NCBI GenBank assembly: GCA_013265495.1
Contig: MU058059.1
Coordinates: forward strand, 3,387,502 to 3,451,501
Direction: 5' to 3'
DNA: 64,000 bases
Origin: Vicugna vicugna
Taxonomy: Eukaryota
Shown: piece by piece, positions 52,201-61,689 of the stretch
Layout: each line of letters starts with the position of its first letter
Numbering within the stretch: the first letter of the stretch is position 1
Program-made: the position numbers and the translations under genes
Notes under the pieces: model-generated
Databases searched by the model: none
What the model saw: only the letters and a program-made list of their open reading frames with translations
What the model was told of the DNA's origin: nothing

Positions 52201-53787
52201 TCTGTCCACAGTGACGATGCCAAGACGGGAACAAAGCAGCCTGGCTCCTGCATCCTGTCTATTAACCACTGTTCTATGGTGCCTCTGACATCTGCATTAT
52301 CACACCTGCGTGAAAACTGCTTGTAAACCACTAGAGGGCATGGATCGTGGCCATCCTTCTCAATGCTACATCCTGCGTGCCCAGCAGAAGTCTTGAGGGT
52401 CATGAATAAATCATTGCTGAGTTCTTCCCAGGTGTGCCTTCCCTTCTACACTGTGCTCCTTAAGGGTCAAGGACACTACAGCTCATCCTTTAACCTTTAA
52501 GAGTGCAGGGCACCTAAGTGACCATAAATGAAGACACAGAAGGTCTTGCTCAGGACGCTCCTCAACACCTGCGGAAGGCGTGTATCTTCTACCCACAAAA
52601 CCTTGGACGTAAGTATAAGCATGAGAAGCACCCGAGCCACCTCTCCAGCCCTAACTTAGCAGGGAATCACAAGCTGCCTAACATTTCAAACTTACCAGTA
52701 GGCAGACGAGGGTCCTAGGGTACAACACTAAATGAACTGGAAAAGCCAGGCTTCAACTCGCAAGCACTCCTCCCTTAAGAGGGCTCTTTACTTAAAAAAA
52801 CAAAAACAAAGCCAGGCCTCGCTAGAGGCAAGTTTACGTATGGTCTGTCGCCTTTAAGAATACTTACTCTTCTTAGAGAATCCTTCTTTAGAGGAAATTC
52901 CCCTCACTTCACTCAAAACACCCAGTAATTTAAAAACTGGGCCTAATTCGAGCAAGGGAGACCACAGGAGAGATGCTGAGGATTCACCACACAGATCTAA
53001 AGGCGCGACCCGGAGCTGCAGCCATCTGTGAACCGCCCGCCCATACACGAGCCACAGCAAATCTCAGCATCGGGCAGCCGTGCCCCCAGATACACCGCGG
53101 AGTGCACCTCGGTTATCGCTTCGGCTCCAGAACAATTTCCCAGGTACCTGCCGGAGTTAGCACACACAGAACCAGCGATTCCCTTCCGACACTATTCTGG
53201 AAACAGTGTTCAACTTTGTGGGGTTTTTTGACCTCGAGCAAAAGAATCAACTCAGAACTTCACCATCTCCGGGAGAGCTGGGGCCGAGACATGGGAGAGG
53301 CCTGGCGGATCCCGAGCCTCCGCGCGGATGAAACGCGGACGGCCGGGCCGGCCCCGCTGGGTCACGCCGCCCACCTCCCCAGTCCGGTCGGTTCCCGGGG
53401 AGCGCGGGGCGGGCGCGTGGGGTCCCCGCTCGGCCGCGGCCGCCCGGACCGGACACGCCTTCCCCGGGACCCGCCCGGCCCGCTCCCAGCTTCCGCCCGC
53501 CGGGCTGCGTCCCCAGGCCGCGGGCCGCTCCCGAGACGGCAGAGCGGGCGGCGACCCCCGCGCAGCCCCCGCCGCCCCTCCCCAAGCGCGGCCTCCGCAC
53601 CCGCCCGCCCGGCCGCCCCGCGGGCCAGGCCCCGCCACTCACATCCGTCCGCGTCCTCCTGCAGGTCCTCCTGGAGCAGCGACAGGTCTGGCCGAGGGGA
53701 GAGAAGACAGGCCGTCAGCCCGCCGCCCGCCGCCCGGCCCGCCCCGCGCCCCCGCCCGCCGCCCGCCGCGGGGCCCGTACCCGCCAT
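10119..53787 (-). CDS. PPP4R1: Serine/threonine-protein phosphatase 4 regulatory subunit 1, whole spliced CDS (20 coding exons, 2844 nt, 947 aa)
   Basis: The joined exons translate MADLSLLQEDLQEDADGFGVDDYSSESDV...QMDRDSDVKYFASTHPAGTRISED...; all introns GT-AG with consistent phases; matches the known PPP4R1 HEAT-repeat protein. Confidence 0.97.
10918..11059 (-). CDS. PPP4R1: PPP4R1 exon 19 (142 nt)
   Basis: TVIEDDCLPMDQFALHLMPHLLTLANDRVPNVRVLLAKTLRQTLLEK; cag| ... |gtaggt. Confidence 0.96.
11336..11470 (-). CDS. PPP4R1: PPP4R1 exon 18 (135 nt)
   Basis: VSEMVRKLHRAAPPSFGVDLIHELVENFGRCPRWSGRQAFVFVCQ; AG/GT flanks. Confidence 0.96.
11551..11671 (-). CDS. PPP4R1: PPP4R1 exon 17 (121 nt)
   Basis: QLILLLELYSPRDVYDYLRPIALSLCADKVSSVRWISYKL; followed by an 80-nt intron. 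Confidence 0.96.
13517..13617 (-). CDS. PPP4R1: PPP4R1 exon 16 (101 nt)
   Basis: LLHVDKRREYLYQLQEFLVTDNSRNWRFRAELAE; |gtgagt donor. Confidence 0.96.
15784..15945 (-). CDS. PPP4R1: PPP4R1 exon 15 (162 nt)
   Basis: WKVRRTLAFSIHELAVILGDQLTAADLVPIFNGFLKDLDEVRIGVLKHLHDFLK. Confidence 0.97.
17461..17556. repeat. Direct duplication (period 52) of the exon 14 3' end plus donor site
   Basis: 39-bp exact match of 17461-17499 with 17513-17551 (ccccccacctgcatgtccgaggccagcgtctcgtaggtc), then 4 of the next 5 bases match. Confidence 0.95.
17521..17706 (-). CDS. PPP4R1: PPP4R1 exon 14 (186 nt)
   Basis: DVVPQALLDQYLSMTDPSRAQTVDTEIAKHCAYSLPGVALTLGRQNWHCLRETYETLASDMQ. Confidence 0.96.
18445..18540 (-). CDS. 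PPP4R1: PPP4R1 exon 13 (96 nt)
   Basis: DVDSALCYMRHDPDLGSDGGFSPDEERRPRVQ; cag| ... |gtgagc. Confidence 0.93.
19788..19960 (-). CDS. PPP4R1: PPP4R1 exon 12 (173 nt)
   Basis: AQVDVLAAALRASSLDACDEPGEVARRSPVQDEPAAGELPGCGLSREASVPLISDAVE. Confidence 0.93.
24715..24796 (-). mobile_element. tRNA-derived SINE (camelid-type)
   Basis: Minus strand reads GGGGGAGGGTAGAGCTCAGTGGTAGAGCGCATGTTTAGCATGCACGAGGCCCTGGGTTCCATCCCCAG (Pol III A and B boxes); homologous to three other copies in the window. Confidence 0.85.
24891..25393 (-). CDS. PPP4R1: PPP4R1 exon 11 (503 nt; 512 nt if the upstream acceptor at 25402 is used)
   Basis: TRDQEAPEDVQIRPED...LLDQEYNSFHFWRTPLPEIDLDVEL...MATRKELEELIENLEPHVDDPDVR. Confidence 0.92.
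27985..28151 (+). mobile_element. 5'-truncated young L1 3' end with target-site duplication
   Basis: L1 3' UTR-like sequence ending AATAAAAAATGTTAAAAAAAAA; exact 12-bp TSD TAAAGCAAGTAT at 27973-27984 and 28152-28163. Confidence 0.85.
28974..29101 (-). CDS. PPP4R1: PPP4R1 exon 10 (128 nt)
   Basis: VRQAAFQSLGPFISTFANPSSSGQYFKEESKSSDDASVEEKN(R). Confidence 0.96.
29284..29422 (+). mobile_element. tRNA-derived SINE (camelid-type)
   Basis: GGGGGAGGGTGTAGCTCAGTGGCAGAGCATGTGCCTAGCATGCACAAGGTCATGGGTTTAATCCCCAG followed by an A-rich tail. Confidence 0.85.
29567..29725 (-). CDS. PPP4R1: PPP4R1 exon 9 (159 nt)
   Basis: LPRFFQLCSDNVWGVRKACAECFMAVSCATCQEIRRTKLSALFINLISDPSRW. Confidence 0.97.
30394..30459 (-). 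CDS. PPP4R1: PPP4R1 exon 8 (66 nt)
   Basis: VCAANFGDICSVVGQQATEEML; |gtaagt donor. Confidence 0.96.
30587..30694 (-). CDS. PPP4R1: PPP4R1 exon 7 (108 nt)
   Basis: IMCRMAPMVGKDITERLILPRFCEMCCDCRMFHVRK. Confidence 0.97.
31244..31390 (-). CDS. PPP4R1: PPP4R1 exon 6 (147 nt)
   Basis: VRKTSQAALLALLEQELIERFDVETKVCPVLVGLTAPDSTDDVKTEAVA. Confidence 0.97.
31822..31964 (-). CDS. PPP4R1: PPP4R1 exon 5 (143 nt)
   Basis: EPTVRAELMEQVPHIALFCQENRPAIPYAFSKYLLPIVVRYLADQNNQ. Confidence 0.97.
33690..34260 (+). mobile_element. Old, degraded L1M-type fragment (ORF2 end / 3' region)
   Basis: Remnant motifs such as GACTTGAACAGG, GGAAATGTCAATGAAAACGACAGTGAGAT and ACTTTGGAAAC; boundaries approximate. Confidence 0.5.
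34790..34909 (+). mobile_element. tRNA-derived SINE (camelid-type)
   Basis: GGGGCAGGGCACAACTCAGTGGTGGAGCACATCCTCAGCATGCACGAGGTCCTGGGTTCCGTCCCCAG plus an A-rich tail similar to the copy at 29284. Confidence 0.8.
36820..36926 (-). CDS. PPP4R1: PPP4R1 exon 4 (107 nt)
   Basis: (R)QMVARSLLDTLREVCDDERDCIAVLERISRLADDS. Confidence 0.97.
37720..37855 (-). CDS. PPP4R1: PPP4R1 exon 3 (136 nt; 85 nt with the internal acceptor at 37804)
   Basis: (F)GVDDYSSESDVIIVPSALDFVSQDEMLTPLGRLDKYAASDNVFNR. Confidence 0.96.
38270..40500 (+). mobile_element. Degraded old L1M fragments (ORF1 end / inter-ORF / ORF2 start), interrupted
   Basis: A-rich strand bias with remnants AAATGGGCTACAGACCCCAGTTGAAGGGCAGAGACGG and AAATGGACTAAAC...GGAGTGGCCACTTTATTATCAGAC (L1 endonuclease region). 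Confidence 0.5.
45050..45790 (+). mobile_element. Old L1MC-type 3' fragment
   Basis: Motifs CACCTTAACCAAGTGGTTAAAATTAA, CATAACCTGAA and GAGACATGACAACTAAATGCA typical of L1MC 3' UTRs; a similar fragment lies at ~14.7-15.4 kb. Confidence 0.55.
48270..48960 (+). mobile_element. Old L1 ORF2 fragments
   Basis: ATGCAGAAAAAGCATTTGACAC (DAEKAFD-like RT motif), AATATTTGCAAATCACCTATCTGAGAAGG, GGGCAAAAGGTCTGAACAGACAC. Confidence 0.75.
52040..52270. mobile_element. MIR-like SINE remnant
   Basis: AACAACTCTGTAAGATGGG...CCTATTTACAAGTGACAAAACTCAG resembles the MIR core; similar remnants at ~41.45-41.65 kb and ~49.0-49.1 kb. Confidence 0.5.
53643..53687 (-). CDS. PPP4R1: PPP4R1 exon 2 (45 nt)
   Basis: ccag|AC CTG TCG...GGA T|gtgagt; DLSLLQEDLQEDADG. 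Confidence 0.96.
53781..53787 (-). CDS. PPP4R1: PPP4R1 exon 1 coding part (ATG GCG G)
   Basis: Strong Kozak context cccaagATGG, donor |gtacgg; its phase joins exon 2 to give MADLSLLQ. Confidence 0.93.
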
Positions 53788-54573
53788 CTTGGGCGCCCCC
53801 TCCTCCTGCGCGCCCGGGCTCCGGCTCCAGGACCGGGGCTGGGCAGAGTGGGGACTGGGCACCCGCTGCCGCCGCCGGAACCCGCGGAGTGTGCCGGCCG
53901 GGCCGGGCCGGGCGGGGCCGCGCCGCCCGCGCGCTTTATTGGGTCACCGGCGCCAGCTCGGCGCGGGGCTCGGGCCCACCTCCGGGCGGGGAAGCGCCGC
54001 CTCCGCCGGGAACAAAGCGCTGCGCGCCGGGCCCCGCGGGCCCCGGGTTCAGATTCGCCCCGCGGGGGGCGCGCCCCCCAGTGGTAGCGGGAGGGGGATG
54101 CCGCCCCTCGGGGTCAGCGAACGTGGGGGACCGAGACCGGCTCCGAGACCGGCTCCTGGACATCCCCGCGGTGCTGGAGGAACGGTGCCTGACGTTAGCT
54201 TTATTCCCCTTGCAATTATTAGCAGCACTTGAGGTGCTCGACGGAAATGTGTATCACAGATTATGTGTATCATTCCCGGGTTTTACCCTCTGTTAAGTAA
54301 TTAAGGCAAAGTCCCAAGTGTGAAGTGGGGACTGAACCCAGGTTTTCTGACTCCATTTCACACCGTCCTGGCTCCTTGACTCCAGTCCACCTCCATGTCT
54401 ACCCCAGGCCTCCAAAGTGGTAACCTCCTCAGTAGCCGGCAAAACAAGGACTTGTTTCACTGATGCCACGTTGGGAGTCTGGGCTCTTGGGGAGGAGAGG
54501 GAATTGTAAATAGTATGTACTGTGGTCTTAACCAAAGACTATTACATTTAATGCCCTTAAGGAATCAGGTCTT

Positions 54574-54668
54574 GGGGGTAGGGTAGAGCATATGCTTAGC
54601 ATGCAGAAGGTCCTGGGTTCAAACCCCAGTACCTTCATAAAATAAAATAAAATCCAACCCCAAAAACC
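54574..54668 (+). mobile_element. tRNA-derived SINE (camelid-type), with a deletion in the 5' part
   Basis: GGTAGAGCATATGCTTAGCATGCAGAAGGTCCTGGGTTCAAACCCCAGTACC plus a (TAAAA)n tail. Confidence 0.8.
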
Positions 54669-55679
54669 TTTTTTAAAAGAGTAAAGAATAGCAAAGTATT
54701 ATTTCAAAAAGAAAACTCTGGCCCTCTGAAATTCGTAAGTCTGTAATAAAATAGGTTCTACATAGCTGTTCTGAAAACTTCGCTCTCTGATGTTACAAGA
54801 TGGAACATATTGTATAGTATGTATTAAGCTATATTGTGTAGTACATATTCAGTTTCTGAGAGAGAGAAAAACTGGAATAGCATCTGTAACTATAGGTGTG
54901 TGTCCCATTTTCTCCAATGTAGAATAATTACAACTAAAAGCCAAACTGTCACAACCTGTTTCTCCTCTCCCTTGCAGAACACCCTTATGTGAATTCAGTT
55001 GACACTCTCAAAATGAGAAGGAGTTGGAAACTGAGAAACTGTCAGCCAACTGGATCGGTGGGAGCTGTTCCCTGTGGAGGCCGGGGGAGGGCAGGAGGCG
55101 GCGGCTGGGGGACTTGGTGGTCTATACTCACTGGTGATCTCCTTCCAGCAACACAGAACCTACAGAGTGCCAACTCCGCCTCGGCCCCTAGACATTTCAA
55201 AGACCAAGAAAACTATCTGGACGACCTGCCCAGTAAAGTCGGGCTTATAATTCTCAGTGATTGTGATAAAACAGCGGTTGTGTACCAAATACTTGGTTTT
55301 GGTACGTACAAATACAAATAGGTACCTGTGGTACTGAAGGACCAAGTCCGACTACGTCTGCCTTGGGTAGGTAGGGTCACGGGAAGTTTGACCTCACTTT
55401 CTCTGGAAGGCAGCCAGGGAGGAGGGGCCATGTGACTCTGTCTGTGTTGTTCAGGATTATCATACCTGTGACAGCAGGTCCCTGGAGGCAGCCTGGCTTT
55501 TAGATGTTTCAGATGAGGGCGTCCTAATTCACCGCGCAGCACAAACACGTTTCTGACATTTGATTTCTCTCTCCTCTCTAGTCCCTTCCCAAAGACACAA
55601 TAAATGGTTTTAAAAGTGTTATTTACTCTGTACAAAGCACTTTGTTTCCTCTTCTTAAAAAAATGATACTTTTTCCCTG

Positions 55680-56270
55680 ATGTTAGTGATCTTGAGCAAC
55701 TTTTCATGTTTCTGTTGGCCATCTGCATTTCCTCTTTTGGAAGAACGTCTGTTCAGTTCTTCTGCCCATATTTTAAATGAGTTGTTTGTTTGCTGTTTAA
55801 CTGAACTACAGTTGATCTATAATATTGTATTAGTTTCTGGTGTACAGCATGGATGGACTTAGAGGGCATCATACCAAGTGAAATGTCAGACAAAGACAAA
55901 TACTATGTGATACCACTTACATGTGGAATCTAAAAAAATACAAGCTAGTGAATATAACCAGAAAGAAACAGATTCGCAGATGTAGAGAAGGAACGAGTGG
56001 TTACCAGTGGGGAGATGGGAGGGGGAGGGGCAAGATGGAGGTGGACTATTAAGAGGTACAAACTATCAGGTATAAAATAAGCTACAAAGATGTATGTACA
56101 ACATGGGGAATACAGCCAATATTATACAATAACTATAAGTGGAGTATAACCTTTAAAATCTGTGAATCGCTAAATTGTATACTTGTAACATATAATATTG
56201 TACATCAGCTATACTTCAGTTTTAAAAATATATTGTAAAATACACAAATAAATTTTAAAATGCAAAAAAT
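55680..56270. mobile_element. L1 mosaic: minus-strand fragments (~55680-55850) abutting a plus-strand L1 3' end (~55850-56270)
   Basis: TTGGCCATCTGCATTTCCTC (antisense ORF2); ATGGATGGACTTAGAGGGCATCATACCAAGTGAAAT...TATACTTCAGTTTTAAAA (sense 3' end). Confidence 0.75.
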
Positions 56271-57071
56271 ATTTAAACAAAGAACAGCAGTTATTATTCT
56301 GTGTACTCTTACCCCAACTTCACTTACATGGTAGCCCATGGGTGCCAGGAATTGTGTGTCTGGTGGTCAGAACACAAAGTTTGAATAACCTCCTCTTCCA
56401 CTACAATCTGCAAAATAGAGGGATTGTCACAAGTCACTATTTTCAAAAGTATTATCCAAATATGTGACTGCTAAGGCCTGAATTTTTCAGAATAAGTCCT
56501 CCTCCGAGTGATAATGAAAACTTTTCTTAGTAGCCAAGGAGTTTTGGAAATTGGTGAATTTGGCTCTTCAGACAAACATATTAAGTATCCTGGGGAAAAT
56601 ACTGCTAATAAACCAAAAAAAAAACCCTGACCTGACATGGCTTGATGCTATCTCATTTATTAATTTTTGTATTGGTAATTCAACTGTTTACTTTTTTTCT
56701 GCAGAATGATCATTCCTGGAGCTGAATGTATATAAAAGGCAGATTAGTCATCGTTTTGAATAAAAAATGAATCAAACTGAAAATGAAGAAATATTTATAG
56801 AGTAAATGCTTTTTAAACAAATGTTTTAATCTTTATTTTCATTTATCTCTGTGGGTTTTTTTTTTTTTAGCCAGGTTGATGAGATGTCATTCACAAACTG
56901 CCATTTGGCAGTAAAAAGAATATATATATTTTTTATTAGCCAATCTCTTACCTAAAGCCTCCTATACATATTTTGGTAAACTGTATAAAGGTAAATATTT
57001 GTGTGGAATTTTTCTTATCTTTTCTCTCTGCTTCTTTTAGCCCCCTTTAAAGCTCCATGTCAAGATGACAT

Positions 57072-57697
57072 TCCACCGTATGATCCAACAATCCCACTCC
57101 TGAGTATATATCTGGAGAAAACTTTAATTCGAAAAGATACATGCACCCTAATGTTCACAGCAGTATTTACAATTGCCAAGACACGGAAACAACCTAAATG
57201 TCCATCAACAGATGAGTGGATGAAGATGTGGTTTATATATCCAAAGGCACACAGCCATGAAAAAGAATGAAATAATGCCATTTGCAGCAACATGGATGGA
57301 CCCAGAAATGATCATACTAAGTGAAGTAAGTCAGACGGAGAAAGACAAGTATTACGTGATGTCACTTATATATGGAATCTTAAAAAACATACAATTTCTC
57401 TTTACAAACCAAAAACAGACTCACGGACATAGGAAACAAACTATGGTTACCAAAGGGGAAAGGGCAGGGGAGGGATAAATTAGGAGTCTGGGAATAACAA
57501 ACACATCACTCTATATAAAATAAACAACAAAGACCTACTATATAGCACAGGGAACGATATTCAATTTCTTGTAATAACACATAATGGAAAAGAATCTGAA
57601 AAGATTATATATATATATGGTAACTGAATTGCTTTGTTATACACCTGATATACATTGTAAGTCAACCACTCTTCAATAAAAAAATAAAATAAAAAAG
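57072..57697 (+). mobile_element. 5'-truncated L1 (ORF2 C-terminus, 3' UTR, poly-A) with probable TSD
   Basis: Translates PYDPTIPLLSIY..DTCTLMFTA and KKNEIMPFAATWMDPEMIILSEVSQ (L1 ORF2 end); A-rich tail; GATGACAT repeated at 57064-57071 and 57698-57705. Confidence 0.9.
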
Positions 57698-58929
57698 GAT
57701 GACATCCAAAATGTGAAATCTTAGCCTTTCCTAGAGGTTTCAGAGTTTGGTTTTGTTTTTCAAAGACACTGGATCCCCCTTTCTTCACATCAGCTACAGA
57801 TACACTTTCTCATGCTACCCTAGAAAAACAAGAAGAAAGAACAGAGGGAGAAAACAGTGACAGAACTGAGCCCTGTACAGAACTCTCTCTACTCAGGCTG
57901 CTCTCTGCTTCCAGGAGTTGAAGGCTGCCCTTAGATGTAACAGAACTTCAGCTCTGTCCACGGTCAGCCCCAGCTGCACGTTCCTTAAAACAGGCTTGTT
58001 CTGAGCAGAGTAGTGCAACTTGGAACCACCACTGTAAACTGAGTATGAAGGAAAACGCAGCCTGTTTCCTATCTGCAGTGTCACCATCAGCCAAGCACTC
58101 CAGCGCTTCACACAGTGCTCCACATCAGTAGAGCCTGAAGGATTCTGCATTGAGGAATTCTGTAGTTACTCAATTCCCCAGCCAAGGTACGGTGTCCATC
58201 CAGTTTGTTCCACACATTTTATTTCGCTAGGAAAACCAAGGTGTGAACATAGTGAGCATTCATGGATTCAAACGACAGTGTTGGTTTTCTTCATGCCTTT
58301 CTCTTAAAATGTGGAAAGCGTTAGTTGTAATTACATTTAAAGCGACATGGAATACACTGCCCCTGTGGGTGGTGGAGTTCGTGCTGTGGAAGTGTTTATT
58401 AATCTGAATCTGAATGGATGAGTCAAGTTGAACCCGGAAAAAAACCATAAGAAACCACATATTCAAACCCAGATAAGCTCAGTGATTAAGCTATGCCTCA
58501 CTCTAAAGTCCTTCCACATTACCGCTGCCCTCTGGTTCTATGAGTCAGGAGAAAGGGCTTCCATGCCAACTTCACGTCCGTGTAACTCTCTGTGACAAAA
58601 GTGCTTGCGTTTCTGGTCCTTGATCCTTCATTTGGTGAAAAAAAATATATTAGCATCATGACATGATACAATTCAAACAAAAGATAACTCATCTATCTTT
58701 TTAATTTTTGATTTTGAAATAATGACAGATTCACAGGAAGCTGCAAAAAATGTACAGGGAGTTCCTGTGTCCCCTTCACCCCACTCCCCCTAGTAACACG
58801 GTATGTTTTGAAACATTTTTGAGATAGGTGTACCAGGCCTTATGCTAGGTGCTTCTGTGTACTTCCAGATTTAATCATTAAAACAGCTTTGTGAAGCAGG
58901 TATTAGAATTTACATTTTTAAAATAAAGG

Positions 58930-60092
58930 AGACCCAACAAAGGCCTCTAGACACAGCCCTACCCACCAGAGGTCCAGGACCAAGCTCCACCCAGCAGCGG
59001 GCAGGCACTGGCTCCTCCTGCCAGGAAACCTGCCTAAGCCTCTAGTCCAGCCTCATCCACCAGGGGCAGATACTAGAAACAAGAAAATAGTAATCCCAAA
59101 GCCTGTGGAAGGAATCCACACACACATAGAAAGATAGGTATGAGGCGGCACCAAGGAGTATCTCCCAGGCCAAGGCACAAGGTAAAATCCCAGGAGAAGA
59201 AATAAGTGATGAGGAGACAGGCAGTTTATCCGAGAAAGAGTTTAAAGTAATGATGGCCAAGATGTTCAGAGAACTCAAGAGGAGTATAGATGCACAGAGC
59301 GAAGTTTTTGGCAAGAGTTGGAAAATATAAAGAATACCCAAACAGAGTTGAAGAATAAAATCACTGAAATGAATAATACACTAGAAGGAACCAAGAATAG
59401 ACTAAATGAGGCAGAAGAGTGGATCAGTGGGCTTTTAAAAGACAGATTAGTGGAAATCACTACCTCAGAACAGAAAAAAAAAAAAGAATAAATAGGAATG
59501 AGGATAGTTTAAGAGAACTCTGGGACAACATGAAGCACTCTAATATTTGCATTATAGGGGTCCTAGAAAGAGAAGAGAGAGAGAAGGGACCTGAGAAAAT
59601 TTTTGGAGAGACAATAACCGAAAATTTCCCCAACTTGGGAAAGGAAACAGTCACCCAAGTCCTGGAAGTGCAGAGAGTTCTACACAGAATCAACCCAAAG
59701 AGGAACACACCAAGGCACATAGTCATCAAATTGATAACAATTAAGTATAAGGAGAGAATATTAAAATTAGCAAGAGAAAAGCAACAAATAACATACAAGG
59801 GACCTCCCATAAGGTTATCAGCTGATATTTTCAGCAGAAACTGTACAGGCCAGAAGATAATGGCAAGATATATTTAAAGTGATGCAAGGGGGAAACTTAC
59901 AACCAAGAATACTCTATCCAGCAAGGCTCTTGTTCAGACTTGATGGAGGAATCAAAAGCTTCACAGATAAACGAAAGCTAAAAGATTTCAGCACCACCAA
60001 GCCAGCTTTACAACAAATGTTAAAGGACCTCCTCTAGTCATCAAACCGTAAGTAAAGAGAACAAAAAGAAGCAAAAGAAAAAAAAAAGAGAC
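58930..60092 (+). mobile_element. L1 5' region and frameshifted ORF1
   Basis: ORF 59419..59877 contains NEDSLRELWDNMKHSNICIIGV..ENFPNL..RINPKRNTPRHIVIKL..REKQQITYKGPPIRLSAD, typical of L1 ORF1p. Confidence 0.92.
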
Positions 60093-60630
60093 CTACAAAA
60101 GATTGCTTTGGCTGTTGGGGGTCTTTTGTGGTTTCTCATAAATTTTGGACTTGTTTATTCTAGTTCTGTGAGGAATGTTGGGAGTATTTTGATGGGGGTT
60201 GTGTTGGATCTGTGGATTGCTTTGGGCAGTGTGGCCAGTTTGACAGTGTTGATTCTTCCAATCCCAGAGCACAAGAAATCTTTCCATTTCTTTGTGTCAT
60301 TTCGTTTTTCAGAGTATAGGTAATCTCCTTGGTTAAGTTTATTTCTAGGTATTTTGTTGTTTTTGATGTAATGGAAATGTCTCTGCCAGTTATAAAATAA
60401 CTGGTTTTTGAAGTGGGAAAAAAAAATGCAAATGAAGGGCCGCAAATGGCAAAATACCCTTCTTTTTTATGGGTGAGTTGTATTCCTTTAGATACACATA
60501 CACATACACACACACACTGCATCTCCATTATCTATTCAACCATTGATGTATACTTAGGGTGCTTCCATATCTTGGCAATTATAAATAATGTTGCTGTTAA
60601 TAGCAAGGTGTATGTATCTTTTTGAATTAA
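60093..60630 (-). mobile_element. Two inverted L1 ORF2 fragments
   Basis: Minus-strand KKWKDFLCSGIGRINTVKLATLPKAIHRSNTTPIKI (ORF2) at ~60093-60400; ORF2 C-terminal fragment with a (CA)n tract at ~60440-60630. Confidence 0.85.
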
Positions 60631-60729
60631 GTCTTATTTTGTGGTTGGCTTTATTCCTTTGATAAACACATAAGTTTAAAAAGCTAAAGCTCTAAACGTT
60701 CTTAGAAACAATGAACAGTACACACATGT

Positions 60730-61280
60730 AAATTAAAAACTATATGTGCAGTAAAAAAAAAAAAAGTTCTATTAAGCAATGAAAGACATGGAAGAAACTT
60801 AAAAGACATATTACTAAATGAAAGAAGCCAGTCTGAAAAGGCTACAAACTGTACGATTCCAACCAAATGACATTCTGGAAAAGGCACAGCTACAGAAACA
60901 ATAAAAAGACCGTGGTTTCCAGGGGTTTAGGGAGAGGGAGGGAGGCAGGGATGAACAGATAAAGCACAAGAGATTTTTAGGGCAACGAAATTATCCTGTA
61001 TGATACTACAGTGGTGGCTACATGTCATTGTACGTTTGTCAAAACCCATAGAATGTACAACATCAAGAGTAAACCCTAATGTGAACTATGGACTTTGGTT
61101 GATAATAATGTGTCCATGTTGGTTCATCGATTGTACCAAATATGCCACATTGATGAGGGACGTTGAGGACAGGGGAGTATATATGGCTGGGTGGGGAGGG
61201 CTATGTGGGAACTCTGTATTTGCTGTTCAATTCTGCTGTAAACCTGAAACTGCTCTAAAAAATTAAACAAAAATAAAGGA
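60730..61280 (+). mobile_element. L1MC-type 3' end
   Basis: GAAAGAAGCCAGTCTGAAAAGGCTACA...GTAAACCCTAATGTGAACTATGGACTTTGG...TAAACCTGAAACTGCTCTAAAAAAT. Confidence 0.85.
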
Positions 61281-61689
61281 AACCCAAAAAGAGGTCAAGT
61301 ATTTTAACAAAAGTCAGAGAGCAAACAGGGGGGTGGGAATTCAAGTGCTGGAATCCTGGTTCTAAGTGGTGCTAGTGGGATTTGGAGAGCATCACGCTCA
61401 GAGTTTGCTCTGGCATCAGGAAAGCCTCTGTCCTTCCACGCGTACGGTCTTGGTGTCACCTCAATTCCAACCAGGTCATCTCTCTGTTCCTTACTGATCT
61501 GACCACTGAAACACTGAGAATCATTCTTACACTCTGTTCTCACCTTAACACTCTGACCAAGATATTAACCACTTTAAAACCATACTAGCAACTTTCTAAC
61601 TAGCCTTTTTCAATCTATTCTGTCCAAAGATGCAGAATGATCATTCTTGTGAAAAATTTTGCTCATTTATCAGTTCTGTGAAAATGCCA

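Larger units (their letters stand above)
53240..54200. promoter_or_regulatory. CpG-island promoter of PPP4R1
   Basis: Very GC- and CpG-dense stretch covering exons 1-2; GC boxes (GGGCGGGG near 53910 and 53984); CCAAT on the minus strand at 53938-53942; YY1-like CCGCCATCTT at 53781-53790 overlapping the ATG. Confidence 0.9.

Noticed and set aside
52973..54296. Long plus-strand ORFs (419 aa and 322 aa) antisense to exons 1-2
   Set aside because: They span the CpG island, where stops are rare; the Pro/Arg/Gly/Ala low-complexity composition and several simultaneously open frames indicate a compositional artefact.
24715..54668. Four tRNA-like sequences (24.7, 29.3, 34.8 and 54.6 kb)
   Set aside because: Degenerate cloverleaves with shared non-tRNA A-rich tails; these are SINEs, not tRNA genes.
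59419..59877. Possible domesticated or intact L1 ORF1 gene
   Set aside because: Frameshifted at both ends and not followed by an intact ORF2; an ordinary dead L1.
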